Shown piece after piece: positions 22,542-34,701 of a stretch of 64,000 nt of DNA (within the stretch, counting starts at the first letter, position 1; the number at the start of each line of letters is the position of its first letter). The stretch lies in contig JBNJNM010000011.1 in the NCBI GenBank assembly GCA_052426225.1, positions 2,728,001 to 2,792,000 of the forward strand, in the 5' to 3' direction. The stretch comes from Zancudomyces culisetae HAW-14-8. Taxonomy: Eukaryota; Fungi; Kickxellomycota. The notes under the pieces are model-generated. The model saw nothing but the letters and a program-made list of their open reading frames with translations, made no database searches and was not told where the DNA came from. The position numbers and the translations under genes are program-made.

Positions 22542-24198
22542 ATGGCTGGAGGCGACGTATATACAAGAAAGCGGACTCGGTTAGAATTACCGATGCCGGT
22601 GAATCCAACCGTTGATGCCCACCCTTACAATGAAGGAGCTTTTATGACAAAGGTTTGCAGAGAGAAAATAAACGCTACAAACTGCGATATGCAAAGAGCG
22701 AGTTTTTTTGATAGAAACTCTGCAGATAACCTGGATGTGGATGAGATGTCTGGTCTAGGGAGTAATACGAAGTTTGGTGTTGATTGTACGGTTCTAGAAT
22801 TATGTGAAATACTGCTCGATTTATCAAAAATAGGGATAAAAAGCGTTCCATACAAAGATGTTGACATTAAATGGAATATTCTTTACTCAAATTCCGTGAT
22901 TATATATGTATATTACTACCTCTTAAGCAATTTGGAAGAATATTCAGGCTCACTGTTACGTGGCCTAACGAAATGGGACGACCTTTTTATGGCCAACTTA
23001 AAATTGTTAAAGATGTTAGACTTATCCATAATAGTTTCTGGAGCTGTTGGGTGGAGGTTAGAGTATATCCATAAATTGATAGGATTTGTTAAAGCGCTTT
23101 ACGATTTCGAGAATTATGCCAAAAGTCACACCCGCACTGCTAAGTACCTTGCAAAAGACGATGAAATCGGATCTTTAAATGAGATTTTTGACGCATTGGG
23201 CCCTTCAAACACAAAAGTATCAAAACTATTAGCCCAAAAACCTCCAATTTTGAGACATCAGGTAAAGAGATATCAGGTGCCTCTGACTGTTCTTGAGTTT
23301 TCTAATATAATTAACTTGCCCCAAGAAGATCAGTACCCATTCATTATTGAAAATGCCATAACACATTGGGGAGCTTTTAATGTGCCCACGAGATGGTCAA
23401 ATATGGAATACCTTCGGGAAACGGTGGGAAGTTACAGGGTGGTGCCTGTTGAGATCGGGCCTACATATTTAGACTCTACCTGGTCACAAAAATTAGTGTA
23501 TTTTGGAGACTTTTTGGATAATGTGTTAATGAGTGATAACTCTTCAAGGCCCATTGTGTATTTAGCCCAGCACAATCTGTTTTCTCAGGTCCCAAAGCTA
23601 AAAAACGATTTCTTAATTCCTGATTATTGCTATGTAAACAATAATCGAAGTAGTGATTATAACGACGATGAAGTAAAGTTTAACGTTTGGATTGGTCCGG
23701 AAAATACAGTTTCCCCGCTACATTACGATAAATACTTCAATATATATTCCCAAGTAGTTGGTGAGAAATACGTCAAACTAGTGCATCCAAAGTACTCCAC
23801 AGAGGTGTATCCTCACCCTTGCGATTCGTTGCTGGAAAACTCGAGCATGGTAATAACTGCTCTTTTATTAGCATCTGGATGTTGCACTATTGTACATACC
23901 ATAATTGCGGTTATTTTTGTTCATTTATGTATTTATAGGTTGATGCAGAACACCCTGACTACATCAAGTTTCCACTTTTTGAACATATTGAGTACTTGGA
24001 ATGTGTTGTAAGACCAGGAGATCTTCTATATATCCCTGTAAGCTTTTCTTCGCTGCACTTTTATTTGGATCAGCTGTCTAGCTGGTCTTATGTAACCCTA
24101 TATAAAAAAAAGATTGATATTTTGTACATCCTTAGCCCCGATACTGGCATTATCTAAGATCGCTCTCAACAAGCATCAGTATTAGTATGTGGTTCTAA
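22542..24198 (+). CDS. JmjC-domain 2-oxoglutarate oxygenase, JMJD5/KDM8-like (spliced; 5' end may lie further upstream)
   Basis: RVVPVEIG, YLAQHNLFSQVPKL, WIGPENTVSPLHYDKYFN (HxD). Two short 3' exons give VRPGDLLYIP and RYWHYLRSLSTSISISMWF* (distal His). The frame is open upstream to an AG at about 22388. Confidence 0.9.
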
Positions 24199-24792
24199 GC
24201 CTGCCGTTTTTTTATCTTTTATTTTTGCTCTTTATTTTTTAGCGTTCTGCTTGTATTTATTTTGTTTTTAATTAAAAGTTTTACTTTAGTTTGTTATATT
24301 TTATGTGTATTGTATTACCTTTTAAAGCATTTATCTTATGATGATTGTTTTAAGTGCCGGCTTATTCGGATATGATTTAACAATAGTTTGATGGTATATA
24401 CTCATTTTCACATTTACATGGCAGCTTTTGACCATTTCGCAAATGATTGATTTTGTGATTTCATCACAAAATTTGGGAGTGATTTTGGTGGAAAAAATTT
24501 TTTTTTACTCTATAGCTGGTTAATTGGACTGGGATTGACTTTGATTTAAGTGATTGATTTAGTTGCAAATTTACACTAATTTTTGGCAAGAGCAGCTTTT
24601 TTTTTTTTCAATTTACGAGTTTGTGGTATTTCATAATAACAAAATATTACAAAACAAAGCAATTTTGGTTATAAAAAAAACAAAAACAAGCTATACAATT
24701 CTTAGGGATTACTGTTTGTTGACTATTGAATTATTAAAGACCTGAAAAAAATTTGTGATTTTGAACAAAGAGATTGGAGTGGGATATAAAGA

Positions 24793-26819
24793 ATGCCGTC
24801 AATTTTGGTAGATAAGCTGAATCTGTTCAAGTACCTTGGAAGGGAATTCAGTAAGTTTCAAAATATATAATCTAGGAGGAAAGAGAAAAAAAACATTTAC
24901 GTCTGGGAGCATTTATTTTTAATACTTTTGGCTCCAGCACGGAGTAGAAACACTTAAAAAACAACTAAACAACTGTAACGCAAATAGCTAAAGAGGAATT
25001 CGAAGATTTGTGCTTTGAATTTGGAGTTGAGTACGAGGAAGATGTAAAGAATATGTTTTTATTGCATTTGGAACATTTTGCGGATTAAATATCTTTTTTT
25101 TTGAAAATTTTTAACTCTTATCATAAAAATAATCAAATTATATAGAGTATTGAGGATGAGAGGGAAATGATGAAGATCGATATTCCAGCTAACCGATATG
25201 ACTTGTTGTGTATTGAAGGACTCGAGAGGGGATTATCTATTTACCTTGGAAATGAAAATACGCCAGTATATAAGTTAAAAGAGAATGCGAGTGGAGAAAG
25301 ACTAAAAATAAGGGCGGAAGAGAGCGTAAAACAGGTCCGACAATACGTGGTTGGCGCCATTTTACGAAACGTTACATTTACACCAGACAGATACAAGTCA
25401 TTCATTGACCTACAAGATAAGCTACATATGAACATATGCAGAAAAAGAAGTCTAGTATCTATTGGAACACATGATTTGGATACAGTACAGGCACCATTTA
25501 CATACAGTGCGAGAGTACCAGAAAAAATAAAATTCGTTCCACTGAACAAAACACAAGAGTACGATGCAGTTGAGCTGTTCAAGCTGTACGAGAGCGATGC
25601 ACACCTAAAGCGCTTTTTGGATATAATCCGCGATAAGCCTGTGTATCCATTGGTTACAGACAGCAACGATGTGGTTCTGAGTTTGCCACCAATAATCAAC
25701 AGTAATCATAGTAAGATTACGTTGGACACTAAAAACGTGCTTATTGAGATCACAGCAACGGATTTGACAAAGGCCAACATAGTACTCAACGTCATCACAA
25801 CAATGTTCAGTGTATACTGTGATGATAAATACGCAGTAGAGCCTGTCGATATTGTTTATCCAAATGGTGAAGTTCAGACTACACCAGACTTCACACCACG
25901 CGTATTTGAGGTAGACAGCGACTATGTCAACCGTTTGATTGGGGTAGACCTGAATTCATCAGAAATACTCGGGTATTTGGATAAGGCAGGGCTTAAAGGA
26001 ACTCTGGGAAAGCATCCACTTGCACCAAATGCTGACAGCATCACAATGCAAGGATCTGAGCCAATAAAAGGCGAGTTGATATCGGTAGAAGTTCCACCAA
26101 CCAGGGCAGATATTATCCACAGCTGCGATATAATTGAGGACATTGCAATCTCATTTGGATACAACAAAATCCCACGTGCGATGATAGAGCTGGCCACAGT
26201 TGGTAAACCATTGCCTCTCAACAAGCTGGGTAGGCTAATTCGACACGAGCTGGCATATTCAGGATTCATAGAAGTGTTGCCACTCTCGCTGTGTAGCCAT
26301 GATGAACTTTTTAAGATGCTACAAAGAAAGGATGGTGGAAATGAAGCAGTAGTTTTGGCCAACCCAATGACAATTGAATACCAGGTATGTCGCACTCTTT
26401 TGCTTCCAGGAGTACTAAAGACAATAAGAGAAAACAAGGGCATCGCTCTCCCATTCAAGGTATTTGAAGTCGGAGATGTTGTACTGAAGGATAGCACCAA
26501 GGAGCGAATGGCCAGAAACGAAAAAAGATTGTGTGTAGCTTACAGCAACAAAAGCGCCAAATTTGAATTGGTACAAGGCATTCTGGATCGGGTAATGGCG
26601 ATGCTGAACGTGTCCAACTATTTCTTGAGACCTATAGATGATGAACAAAACGACTGCGAAGGTGGTGGAATGTACTTGCCAAAGCGTGGTGCTCATATTG
26701 TCTATAATGATAATGTTGTTTTGGGATCTATTGGCATTTTGCATCCAAATGTATTGGGCAACTTTAGCTTGGAATATCCTGTTTCGACATTCGAAATCAA
26801 TATAGAGCCATTTGTTTAG
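24793..26819 (+). CDS. FRS1: Cytosolic phenylalanyl-tRNA synthetase beta subunit (3 exons)
   Basis: Exon 1 24793-24850 (MPSILVDK...), exon 2 about 24988-25043 (EEFEDLCFEFG), exon 3 25146-26819 with KIDIPANRYDLLCIEG, FIDLQDKLH, LSLPPIINS, VPPTRADIIHSCDIIED. Confidence 0.97.
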
Positions 26820-27094
26820 TTTGTTTTCATCCTCCTCTTTTTTTTCTTTATTAATATTTAGCAATTCTTTTTTTTTCTCACTCTCAACTCTTCAAATAAA
26901 CACATCAAAAAAATATATATGAACAACTGGTAAAATAAATTTTTGGTACCCAAACTCATAATTCTCCCAATCTCTATACCACTATCAATATTACTATCGC
27001 TATCACAATCCCTTTCTCTCTTTCCAGATTGTCAAAGTCAAACCACTTTATGGTCGACTAAACTCGTACAGCTAGGTATTGATGCTGTCGTCAT

Positions 27095-30000
27095 CTACTG
27101 GAATTTAGATCTAAGGGCTTGATATTTCTCTAAATCGTTAAACGAGACACTAGGCTCCAGCTCGCTCAGTGCGTCCAGAAAATCTTGCTTGGTCAAAACG
27201 ACTTTTAGGTCGTTTTTATCAGCTATATTGTCCAAATAATATTGTAATTTGCTTCCATTCCCACCACCACCATCATTTCCACCACCGTGCTCATCACGTG
27301 TCTCACTTAGCTGAGTTGATATAGTATACTCCTCAACTTTTTTGTCAATGTTTTGAATAGTTCTTATGGTAGCCTTGAGCTGAGCATCAGCACACAACGC
27401 ATACAAATCAGCACCAGTCAAGTTTAAGGGGCATAAGTTGGAAACTTGCTCCAGAGTGTCCTCCTTGTTGCTTTCCAGAACCAATTTTCTAGTAAGTGCA
27501 GTCAAAATTTTGAACTGGGATTCGTGCGTCTGAGGCACACCCAAATATATCATTTTGTCAAATCTCCCAGGTCTGAGCAGTGCTGAGTCAAGAAGATCGG
27601 GTCGATTTGTGGCGCCAATAACAAACACAAAGTCTTTACTTTCACCCCCACCCCCACCCCCGCCTACACCATCAAGCTCTGCAAGCAGCTGCGAAACTAT
27701 TCGATCCATGACCCCTCCACTGTCTCCCAGCTGTCCTCTCTTCGGTGCCAAACTATCGAGTTCGTCAAAGAATACCACACATGGCGACGCTTCTCTTGCT
27801 TTGTTGAAAACTTGTCTAATCTGTCTTTCACTTTCTCCCACATACATATTTATGAGCTCAGGTCCCTTAACACTAAAGAAGTTCAACTTACTTTCCGTAG
27901 CTATCGCTTTAGCCAGTAAGGTTTTTCCAGTTCCAGGAGGACCATAAAATAGTAGCCCTGATCGCACCTTCATCCCCCCTCCCCCACCATCGCCACCACC
28001 ATTTATCTGAAGTAGAGGAAGTTGTATAGTGTCAATAATCTCCTGTTTGGCATGTTCCAACCCACCCACATCTTCCCATTTAACATTTGGTATTTTTGGA
28101 ACTCCCAGCATATTTGAAATATTCCCTCGAACTTTTTCTATTCCCCTTTCCAAGTCTTGCTTATCAATTTTAGTGGCTGTCCTGCTTCTTTTCACTGCAT
28201 CAATAGTCCCAAATTCCACAGCTCTTACGATATCCTTGGCATAGAAACTGGCCGTTTGTTTGGACATTTCTTTCGCAAGTTCCATATTTACTAACCCTGT
28301 TTTACCTATGGTGTGCCCTGTTCGTTTTTCAATCTCTTCCAAGAAAATCCTCCTACGTTGTTCAATATTTGGTGCGTTTATTGTAACCTCTTGTATATTC
28401 ATTCCATAAAACACTTTTGTTTCAGTATCCTTTAACTCTTTGGTATTATTCAATGACAGTCCTGTAACCACTACCATCGGGTACCCGCGCTCATCTATCG
28501 TCCTTTCCATTTGCTCCTTAATGACATTCTTGACTTTTCTTATAAATATATCCAACTCCCTGTTTCTACTTTCGTCGCCATACGTGACTTCAAAATGCTC
28601 AGCGATCACCTCCAGCTCGCTAAGGTATAGAACAACAGGCGCAATCTCGCTACAGTGTTCCATGAACGCCTCAATTACACCCACTAGTCCCTTTGTCGCA
28701 TTCTTAGAAGAGGATTTATTTATTTCTGCCACTATTTCACTACCTTTAACTTCATAAAAATTGTACCCCAGCTTTTCGCTTTGCCTTCTTAATATCTGCC
28801 TCTTCCCACTACCGATGTTCCCTTTTATCCCCAATGTGATTCCAATGTTCCTCCTTTTTCTTCCAAGCTTGATTGCAGAGTCCAATAATTTGTATATTCT
28901 TTCTCCCTCTTCCCTGTAAACATCTTCACCATCATTCCCTGAAATGAATGGAATCCTCATGTTGATACTTCCTGATATTACTATCCTTGTGCTTTCTTTA
29001 TCTATCGTTAATCCTATTTGATTGTCCTCACAGAACTCTTGATCACTCAGATTGCGATACTCCAGATCGCTTACCTGGTAGTAAATGTTTTTACCACCAC
29101 TCTGCCCCTCGCCATCTCCCTTGTAGGCTATCTCTGCCTCATTCCATACTTCCTCGATCTCCCCTACATCCGACATTTCGTTTGTTATTTGCGAATACAA
29201 TTTGTTTTTGATTCTGGCCTCATCTTCTCTTATCTCGAATCTCAAAATATCGCCCTTGTACATCACTCTAGATGCTTTCCCACCAAAAAAACTTTTAATC
29301 TCTGCATTTGCGTATTTCTCTATCTCTGGCTTTATTGACTCTGGAGTAATCACCCGCTTTAGCACTAGATTTTTCGCTATCGGAAACTCAAGAGTCTTCT
29401 CTTGACGCTTTTCAAGCACACATTGTACTGTTGTATCAATTTCGTCTCCATTGACCATCATACTGCAAATCAAATTTCCGCTAACGTAAAGCCCATTTTC
29501 GTTATCAACACCATCGTAACCAACTATCTTTATCACCCGTTTCCTATGCGTTTTAGGGTTTACTAGTGTTACCCATTCCCCACTAATTATCCCACACCGT
29601 GCCATCGCCTTTATTCTCATAAACCCGACTGTTCCCGCAGTATCCTCCGTACCTGAAATATCTACGTATAGCTGCTCTATTATGCTCTGCGCTCTTTCTG
29701 TACCAGAAGTTATATCTATAGGATACAGCTTTACTTGATATCCTGTTGTATCTACGCTCTCTCCTTGTAAAGTGGGGTTTTTTTCCGTTTTTTCTTCGGT
29801 TCGCTCAATCAACACAATTTTTGTGTGCCCAAATACAAATCTACCCTCTTCCTCTGGCTGACAACTCTCACAATTCATTTTTATCCATTTTTCTTTGTAT
29901 TTTACCGCATATGTTTGATGTAGCCTAAAAGAGCTCAATCCGTTTGCTATCCAAGCACCAATGACATCCTTCTGTGTCTGCAAGTCATGGAATTCCCTCT

Positions 30001-30508
30001 TTCTCGCTGAAAGAACAACCTGATCCAGAACCACTGGCTCTACAATCTCAATAGTGGCCTCAAAATCAACATATTCCTGGCCAGAAATCTCTCGACTTGA
30101 CCCATTCTCCATCTTCCACTCAATATCACTCTTAAGCCATTCATACATATTTGGATTAATTCCATAGATTTCTAGGGCGTCTTGGCTCTGGCCACAATCG
30201 CTTTTGTTTGCTGACCATTTTTTTTTATTAAAAAACTCTCTACTGTCTTTAATTTTTGCTTCTGGTAGCAATTTTACCACTCTCGTTTCATTGTCCTTAT
30301 CTATCAGCCTTTTTATGTTGATTTTTACAAATATTACATCCGGATTTTCAATCCCAGCAACTCTGAATAGCTCGGTAGGGGCTGCAAAATCACAAGACAG
30401 ATTCTCAGTTATGCCTATCCCCGTCTGGTCGTCACCCTCGTCGGCTGAAATTACAACTTTCACTTTGGTAGCACGCCCGCGTCCCCGCCTTTCCCAATAT
30501 TCTCTCAT
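27095..30508 (-). CDS. PEX6: Peroxisomal AAA ATPase PEX6
   Basis: D2 domain: PKIPNVKWEDVGG, GLLFYGPPGTGKTLLAKAIATE, KGPELINMYVGESE, FFDELDSLAPKRG, GDSGGVMDRIVSQLLAELDG. Degenerate D1 Walker A (GNIGSGKR). Confidence 0.95.
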   Translation of the reverse strand: MREYWERRGRGRATKVKVVISADEGDDQTGIGITENLSCDFAAPTELFRVAGIENPDVIFVKINIKRLIDKDNETRVVKLLPEAKIKDSREFFNKKKWSANKSDCGQSQDALEIYGINPNMYEWLKSDIEWKMENGSSREISGQEYVDFEATIEIVEPVVLDQVVLSARKREFHDLQTQKDVIGAWIANGLSSFRLHQTYAVKYKEKWIKMNCESCQPEEEGRFVFGHTKIVLIERTEEKTEKNPTLQGESVDTTGYQVKLYPIDITSGTERAQSIIEQLYVDISGTEDTAGTVGFMRIKAMARCGIISGEWVTLVNPKTHRKRVIKIVGYDGVDNENGLYVSGNLICSMMVNGDEIDTTVQCVLEKRQEKTLEFPIAKNLVLKRVITPESIKPEIEKYANAEIKSFFGGKASRVMYKGDILRFEIREDEARIKNKLYSQITNEMSDVGEIEEVWNEAEIAYKGDGEGQSGGKNIYYQVSDLEYRNLSDQEFCEDNQIGLTIDKESTRIVISGSINMRIPFISGNDGEDVYREEGERIYKLLDSAIKLGRKRRNIGITLGIKGNIGSGKRQILRRQSEKLGYNFYEVKGSEIVAEINKSSSKNATKGLVGVIEAFMEHCSEIAPVVLYLSELEVIAEHFEVTYGDESRNRELDIFIRKVKNVIKEQMERTIDERGYPMVVVTGLSLNNTKELKDTETKVFYGMNIQEVTINAPNIEQRRRIFLEEIEKRTGHTIGKTGLVNMELAKEMSKQTASFYAKDIVRAVEFGTIDAVKRSRTATKIDKQDLERGIEKVRGNISNMLGVPKIPNVKWEDVGGLEHAKQEIIDTIQLPLLQINGGGDGGGGGMKVRSGLLFYGPPGTGKTLLAKAIATESKLNFFSVKGPELINMYVGESERQIRQVFNKAREASPCVVFFDELDSLAPKRGQLGDSGGVMDRIVSQLLAELDGVGGGGGGGESKDFVFVIGATNRPDLLDSALLRPGRFDKMIYLGVPQTHESQFKILTALTRKLVLESNKEDTLEQVSNLCPLNLTGADLYALCADAQLKATIRTIQNIDKKVEEYTISTQLSETRDEHGGGNDGGGGNGSKLQYYLDNIADKNDLKVVLTKQDFLDALSELEPSVSFNDLEKYQALRSKFQ

Positions 30509-33500
30509 TGCTAGTTTGTTTTAAACAGTATTCTCTTTTTTTCTTAGCCTAGTGAACTGCCTGATTCAAACAATGCACACAGTGCTGATTTTCAGATACA
30601 AAATTAAATGTTAACTGGGGTATTATTGTGCTAGTATATTTCAGCCCAGATATTACTCAAATTCGAAACTGGTTTATGATTTTCATATGCATCTTTTTTA
30701 CTTTTTGTTTTCGAATCAATTTTATCTCAACTTGCTACACCTTCAAACTACCGCCAATAAAATGTTGGATACTCGACTTGGACCAGTGTTTCATGTTCGA
30801 CTTCGCAAATGTCAAAAGCAAGCGGTAAAACAGTTTAATGAAAAGTTATGGCGCAAATTAGGTAACACGACCGAAACATAGATAAATGAAACATGAGATG
30901 GGTTCAGTCAAGCTATTGAAAGAAGGGGAGATAAGTGCTTTTACAAAATAAAAATATATAAAAATACTTGTACTATTTATCCATCACAATTATACTCGCT
31001 GTTTCTTACAACACATTCGCATTTCTGTTTGTATCCGCTGCAGTAGTTGGTTGTTCCTATCAAAAATTTTGGAGATAAAGTCAATATAAACCTTATTGTC
31101 TTTTATATTGAATAAAAATATGGAGAGGGAGAGGGAGAGGGAAAAAAAACTTGTGACACAACTCCCCCCCTCCCCTATATACCTGCACTTATACCCCCTA
31201 TACAACATATTTTTTGCATGTAGCATACCAACGCATAGTGCTCATTTTGTGATCTTTCTTTTCCTCTTTCTTCTCCTTCCAAAAAAAACATTTAAGAAAA
31301 AAGAAGACTATCAACATCAACATCAACATCTTTCTCATGGTTGGAATACATGGTTACAATGACAATAAAGGTGTAGTTAAAACATATGTATCAACTATAC
31401 TTTGCAGCTTTTTGTTTTCTGACATTTTTTAATCACCAGTACTATTGTTTCTGGCTACGTTTAACGGGTGGTCTGTTGTAGTATATTCAAGTCATAAATT
31501 ATTCACATAATCCATGCTAATACACGCCGAACGGAGAAAACTGCTTGTATTCCACATGAATAGCTACCAATGTAGCAATATTCAATAAAATATTAATGGT
31601 CCCCAGACCCGAATTATATATAACTTCTATCAAAATAGAGAATAGCCTTTAATTAAACTATCACGCACACACAGGTATCTACAACCTCTGCAACATCCAC
31701 AACCTCCTGATTTGGGTTTTATTATTTGAATTTTCAGCATGATTTTTTACTTCATCAAAGATAAATAAGAAACAAAAGACATTAAAAAAACAACGGTGTC
31801 CAAACTGTCCTAATATCACAATTCTTTTGATAGTTGATCACATTGCTTTTGTAGCTGATTTATCCATGTGCCTATATTGAAGGCTAAGATTGAGGCAACA
31901 CTCTAAAAAAATTCGGTATGACCTATACAAATACATTGTATGAACAATATTTATAATACCAAACTATTACCAGCGCGTGCTTAAATTAAGAACAGCGAGT
32001 TCCTCCGAATGAAAACATTTTCATATACGTGTGTATATTTATATATACTTAAATAGTTTAAAAATTACTTGGTCCCACTAGCAGAAGAACGACATATGTA
32101 CAGATAGAGGTAGTGTTAGAACCCAGTATTACTAGATTATAGTTTCATATTTGGCGCACTTTAAGTGAATTTTGGAAATGGTTGTTTTTTTTCTATTTAT
32201 GTGTTTTGTGCTTTAATGCCATTTTCTCCGGTAAAAAGATATATAGAAGGAAACACGATTACCAAGGGTGCATTGAAGAAGTGGAAAAAAAAAAGTATTG
32301 TCTACACCAATAGATACAAATGTGGCGGAGATCTGATGAGGCTCTATGGGAAAGCACATTTTCGAAACCTCACTTATGGTAGTAAGTACTTGGTATCACA
32401 CCACTTGTATCTCCTCCCTTTTATATACATTTGGTCTGTGACTGCAATTAAATACACGTATACCCCCCCCCCCAAAAAAAATAAAGTGCTACGAATAGGC
32501 TTTTTTACGTGAAAACTCTAAGCTCAGTAGAATAATAGTCGTGAAATTTTATTTAGCATATTCTTGCACTCTGCGAAGAACTCAATATACTCACTAGTCA
32601 ACTTTATTTACAATTATTGCAATTTCCCATAAAGGACCGAGAAAAGATTTTGTACCAAGAAAGTAAGATCCAATAAATCTAAATTTTTCTTGATTACGCT
32701 CTGAGAACTAACTGATATCTATGTCATTTTCTTTCCCACTATTTAAGTCAACTATTAGAGTAGGATCCCTTATTAATATAGTTTGTGTTTAAAGATGCAT
32801 AGCTATATCCCTATTTTAAAAGGAGTAAACCTCAAAAAACTCTAATTCCCACCTATATTCATATTTATTGATATTACACTATGAGTGTGAACATGTTGGA
32901 ATAGTTCATTATTTTCACTAGCATACAGGCACAATGAGACGTTTTGGTGGCAAAAATGAGGGAACACAGTGTGATACCAAACACATTGTAATGCATCCAT
33001 TAGTTTATCATATTTGAAACTTTATTGTACCCGAAGTTGACCGTGACTAGCCTTGAATAAAGTTGAATCATATCTGTAGGGATATGAATAGCGTTTAGAG
33101 TGAAAAGCTTTGCTCATATTTCCTGGATAGTACTTGAGAAATGCTTGAAGTTGGCCTTTAGACCAGTGGGTATTTATAAAAAACGCGTATTTAGTCTTTT
33201 TTTTTAGTTACCAATTGACTTGGGATTTTTTGTTAAAATGTGTTTATTTATATTCCATAACTAAGATTTTTTTCAATAATTCCAAAAGTTCCTTTTATTT
33301 ACCAAAGTTAATGACTTCGGGTTTTGACTTGATTTATTTAGGAAAATTTCCTGTGCTAATAGATGGATTTTTTCTCAGCTTTTGCTGAAATTCTAGTTAT
33401 TATGACATCAATACATTAAATACGATTCTGGTGTGAATATTAAATAGAGGTATATTCAAAAAATTCTTTTGATAAGTACAGTGATGTAATCAGAATATCT

Positions 33501-34701
33501 ATTAAGTACTACTGAAAGATATTCCGCTAGGATGGGAATCCGTCATGGTCACCATACCAAACATATACCATCGTTCATCGTTCACCTTGCGTTCATGATA
33601 TCACATCACTATGGTCGAACTGCTTTATGCAGGTTTAGCTCGCTTTGAAATTATCAGGCGTTTTAAAAGCAGCTCTAACTCAGCTCGGTCTTATATTTAA
33701 GTAGATTATTGTTACCGCACCACTTATAACTTAACCCAAACATGAGGTTATTGATGTAAAAAAATACTGAAAATGCACACGTTTATGTGTGTGTGATTAT
33801 TTGTTTTTTTTATGTTTGCTTTTGCTGTAATGTTGTAGTTATGACTTTCTAAATCTAGGCAAGTATGTAATGCTGTTTCACCACAATTGCTGACATTTTT
33901 AGGCTTTAATATTTCACTGAAGCTTTATTGAATTTGAGTATTTTGCTTCTTAGTAGACATATATAATGAAAGCAAAAGGAAAAAATACACAACCACATGT
34001 GATATTCCCACCTCAACTCAACTTAACCAAACGAAAAATGGTATCCTTAACTACAATAAAAAAAATATGAGCGATATCTGACCCAAGTACAAGTATAATA
34101 TTACGTGGCCGCCACACTTAAACTTTTGTACGCCTTTTCCATCAAGAGAGGAAGGACAGTTGTCCATATTAGAACTGGACTGATTATGAACTTACATTTT
34201 CGCTATTTTTTTTTATTTCCTATCCGACTTTTGACATAATCTTTGTGAATTTTTTTAACCATAATATAAAAATGATAATTTGGGAAAAAAAAGTTATCTC
34301 ATGAAAAAAAGTTGAATTATTGACCAACAATGTGGTTTTTTAAAAAAATCTGGGATGGATTTCGAAAAAGACTCTCAAACATAAAACCACTAGTATATAT
34401 ACAATGAAAACAAGTTCAAGAGTGGTTGGTTTGTATCTAGTATAAGCCTTTGACACAGATTTGATAAATAAACCCAAAAAGGATCTCAGGTGTCGACTAT
34501 AAAAAAAGGACGGATAACATTACAATATTATCAATACATTTGGTTTAATATACCTAGGTTATAACTTTGCAGTGGAAGTATTGGCCAACTATTCTCAGGT
34601 TCTATAATAATATAGAATTAAGCGCACTCTGCGTAAAAAAATAATGATATAGTAATCTTGATATTAAAACAGAAACAACATTGAATATTTTGTTTTGAAC
34701 G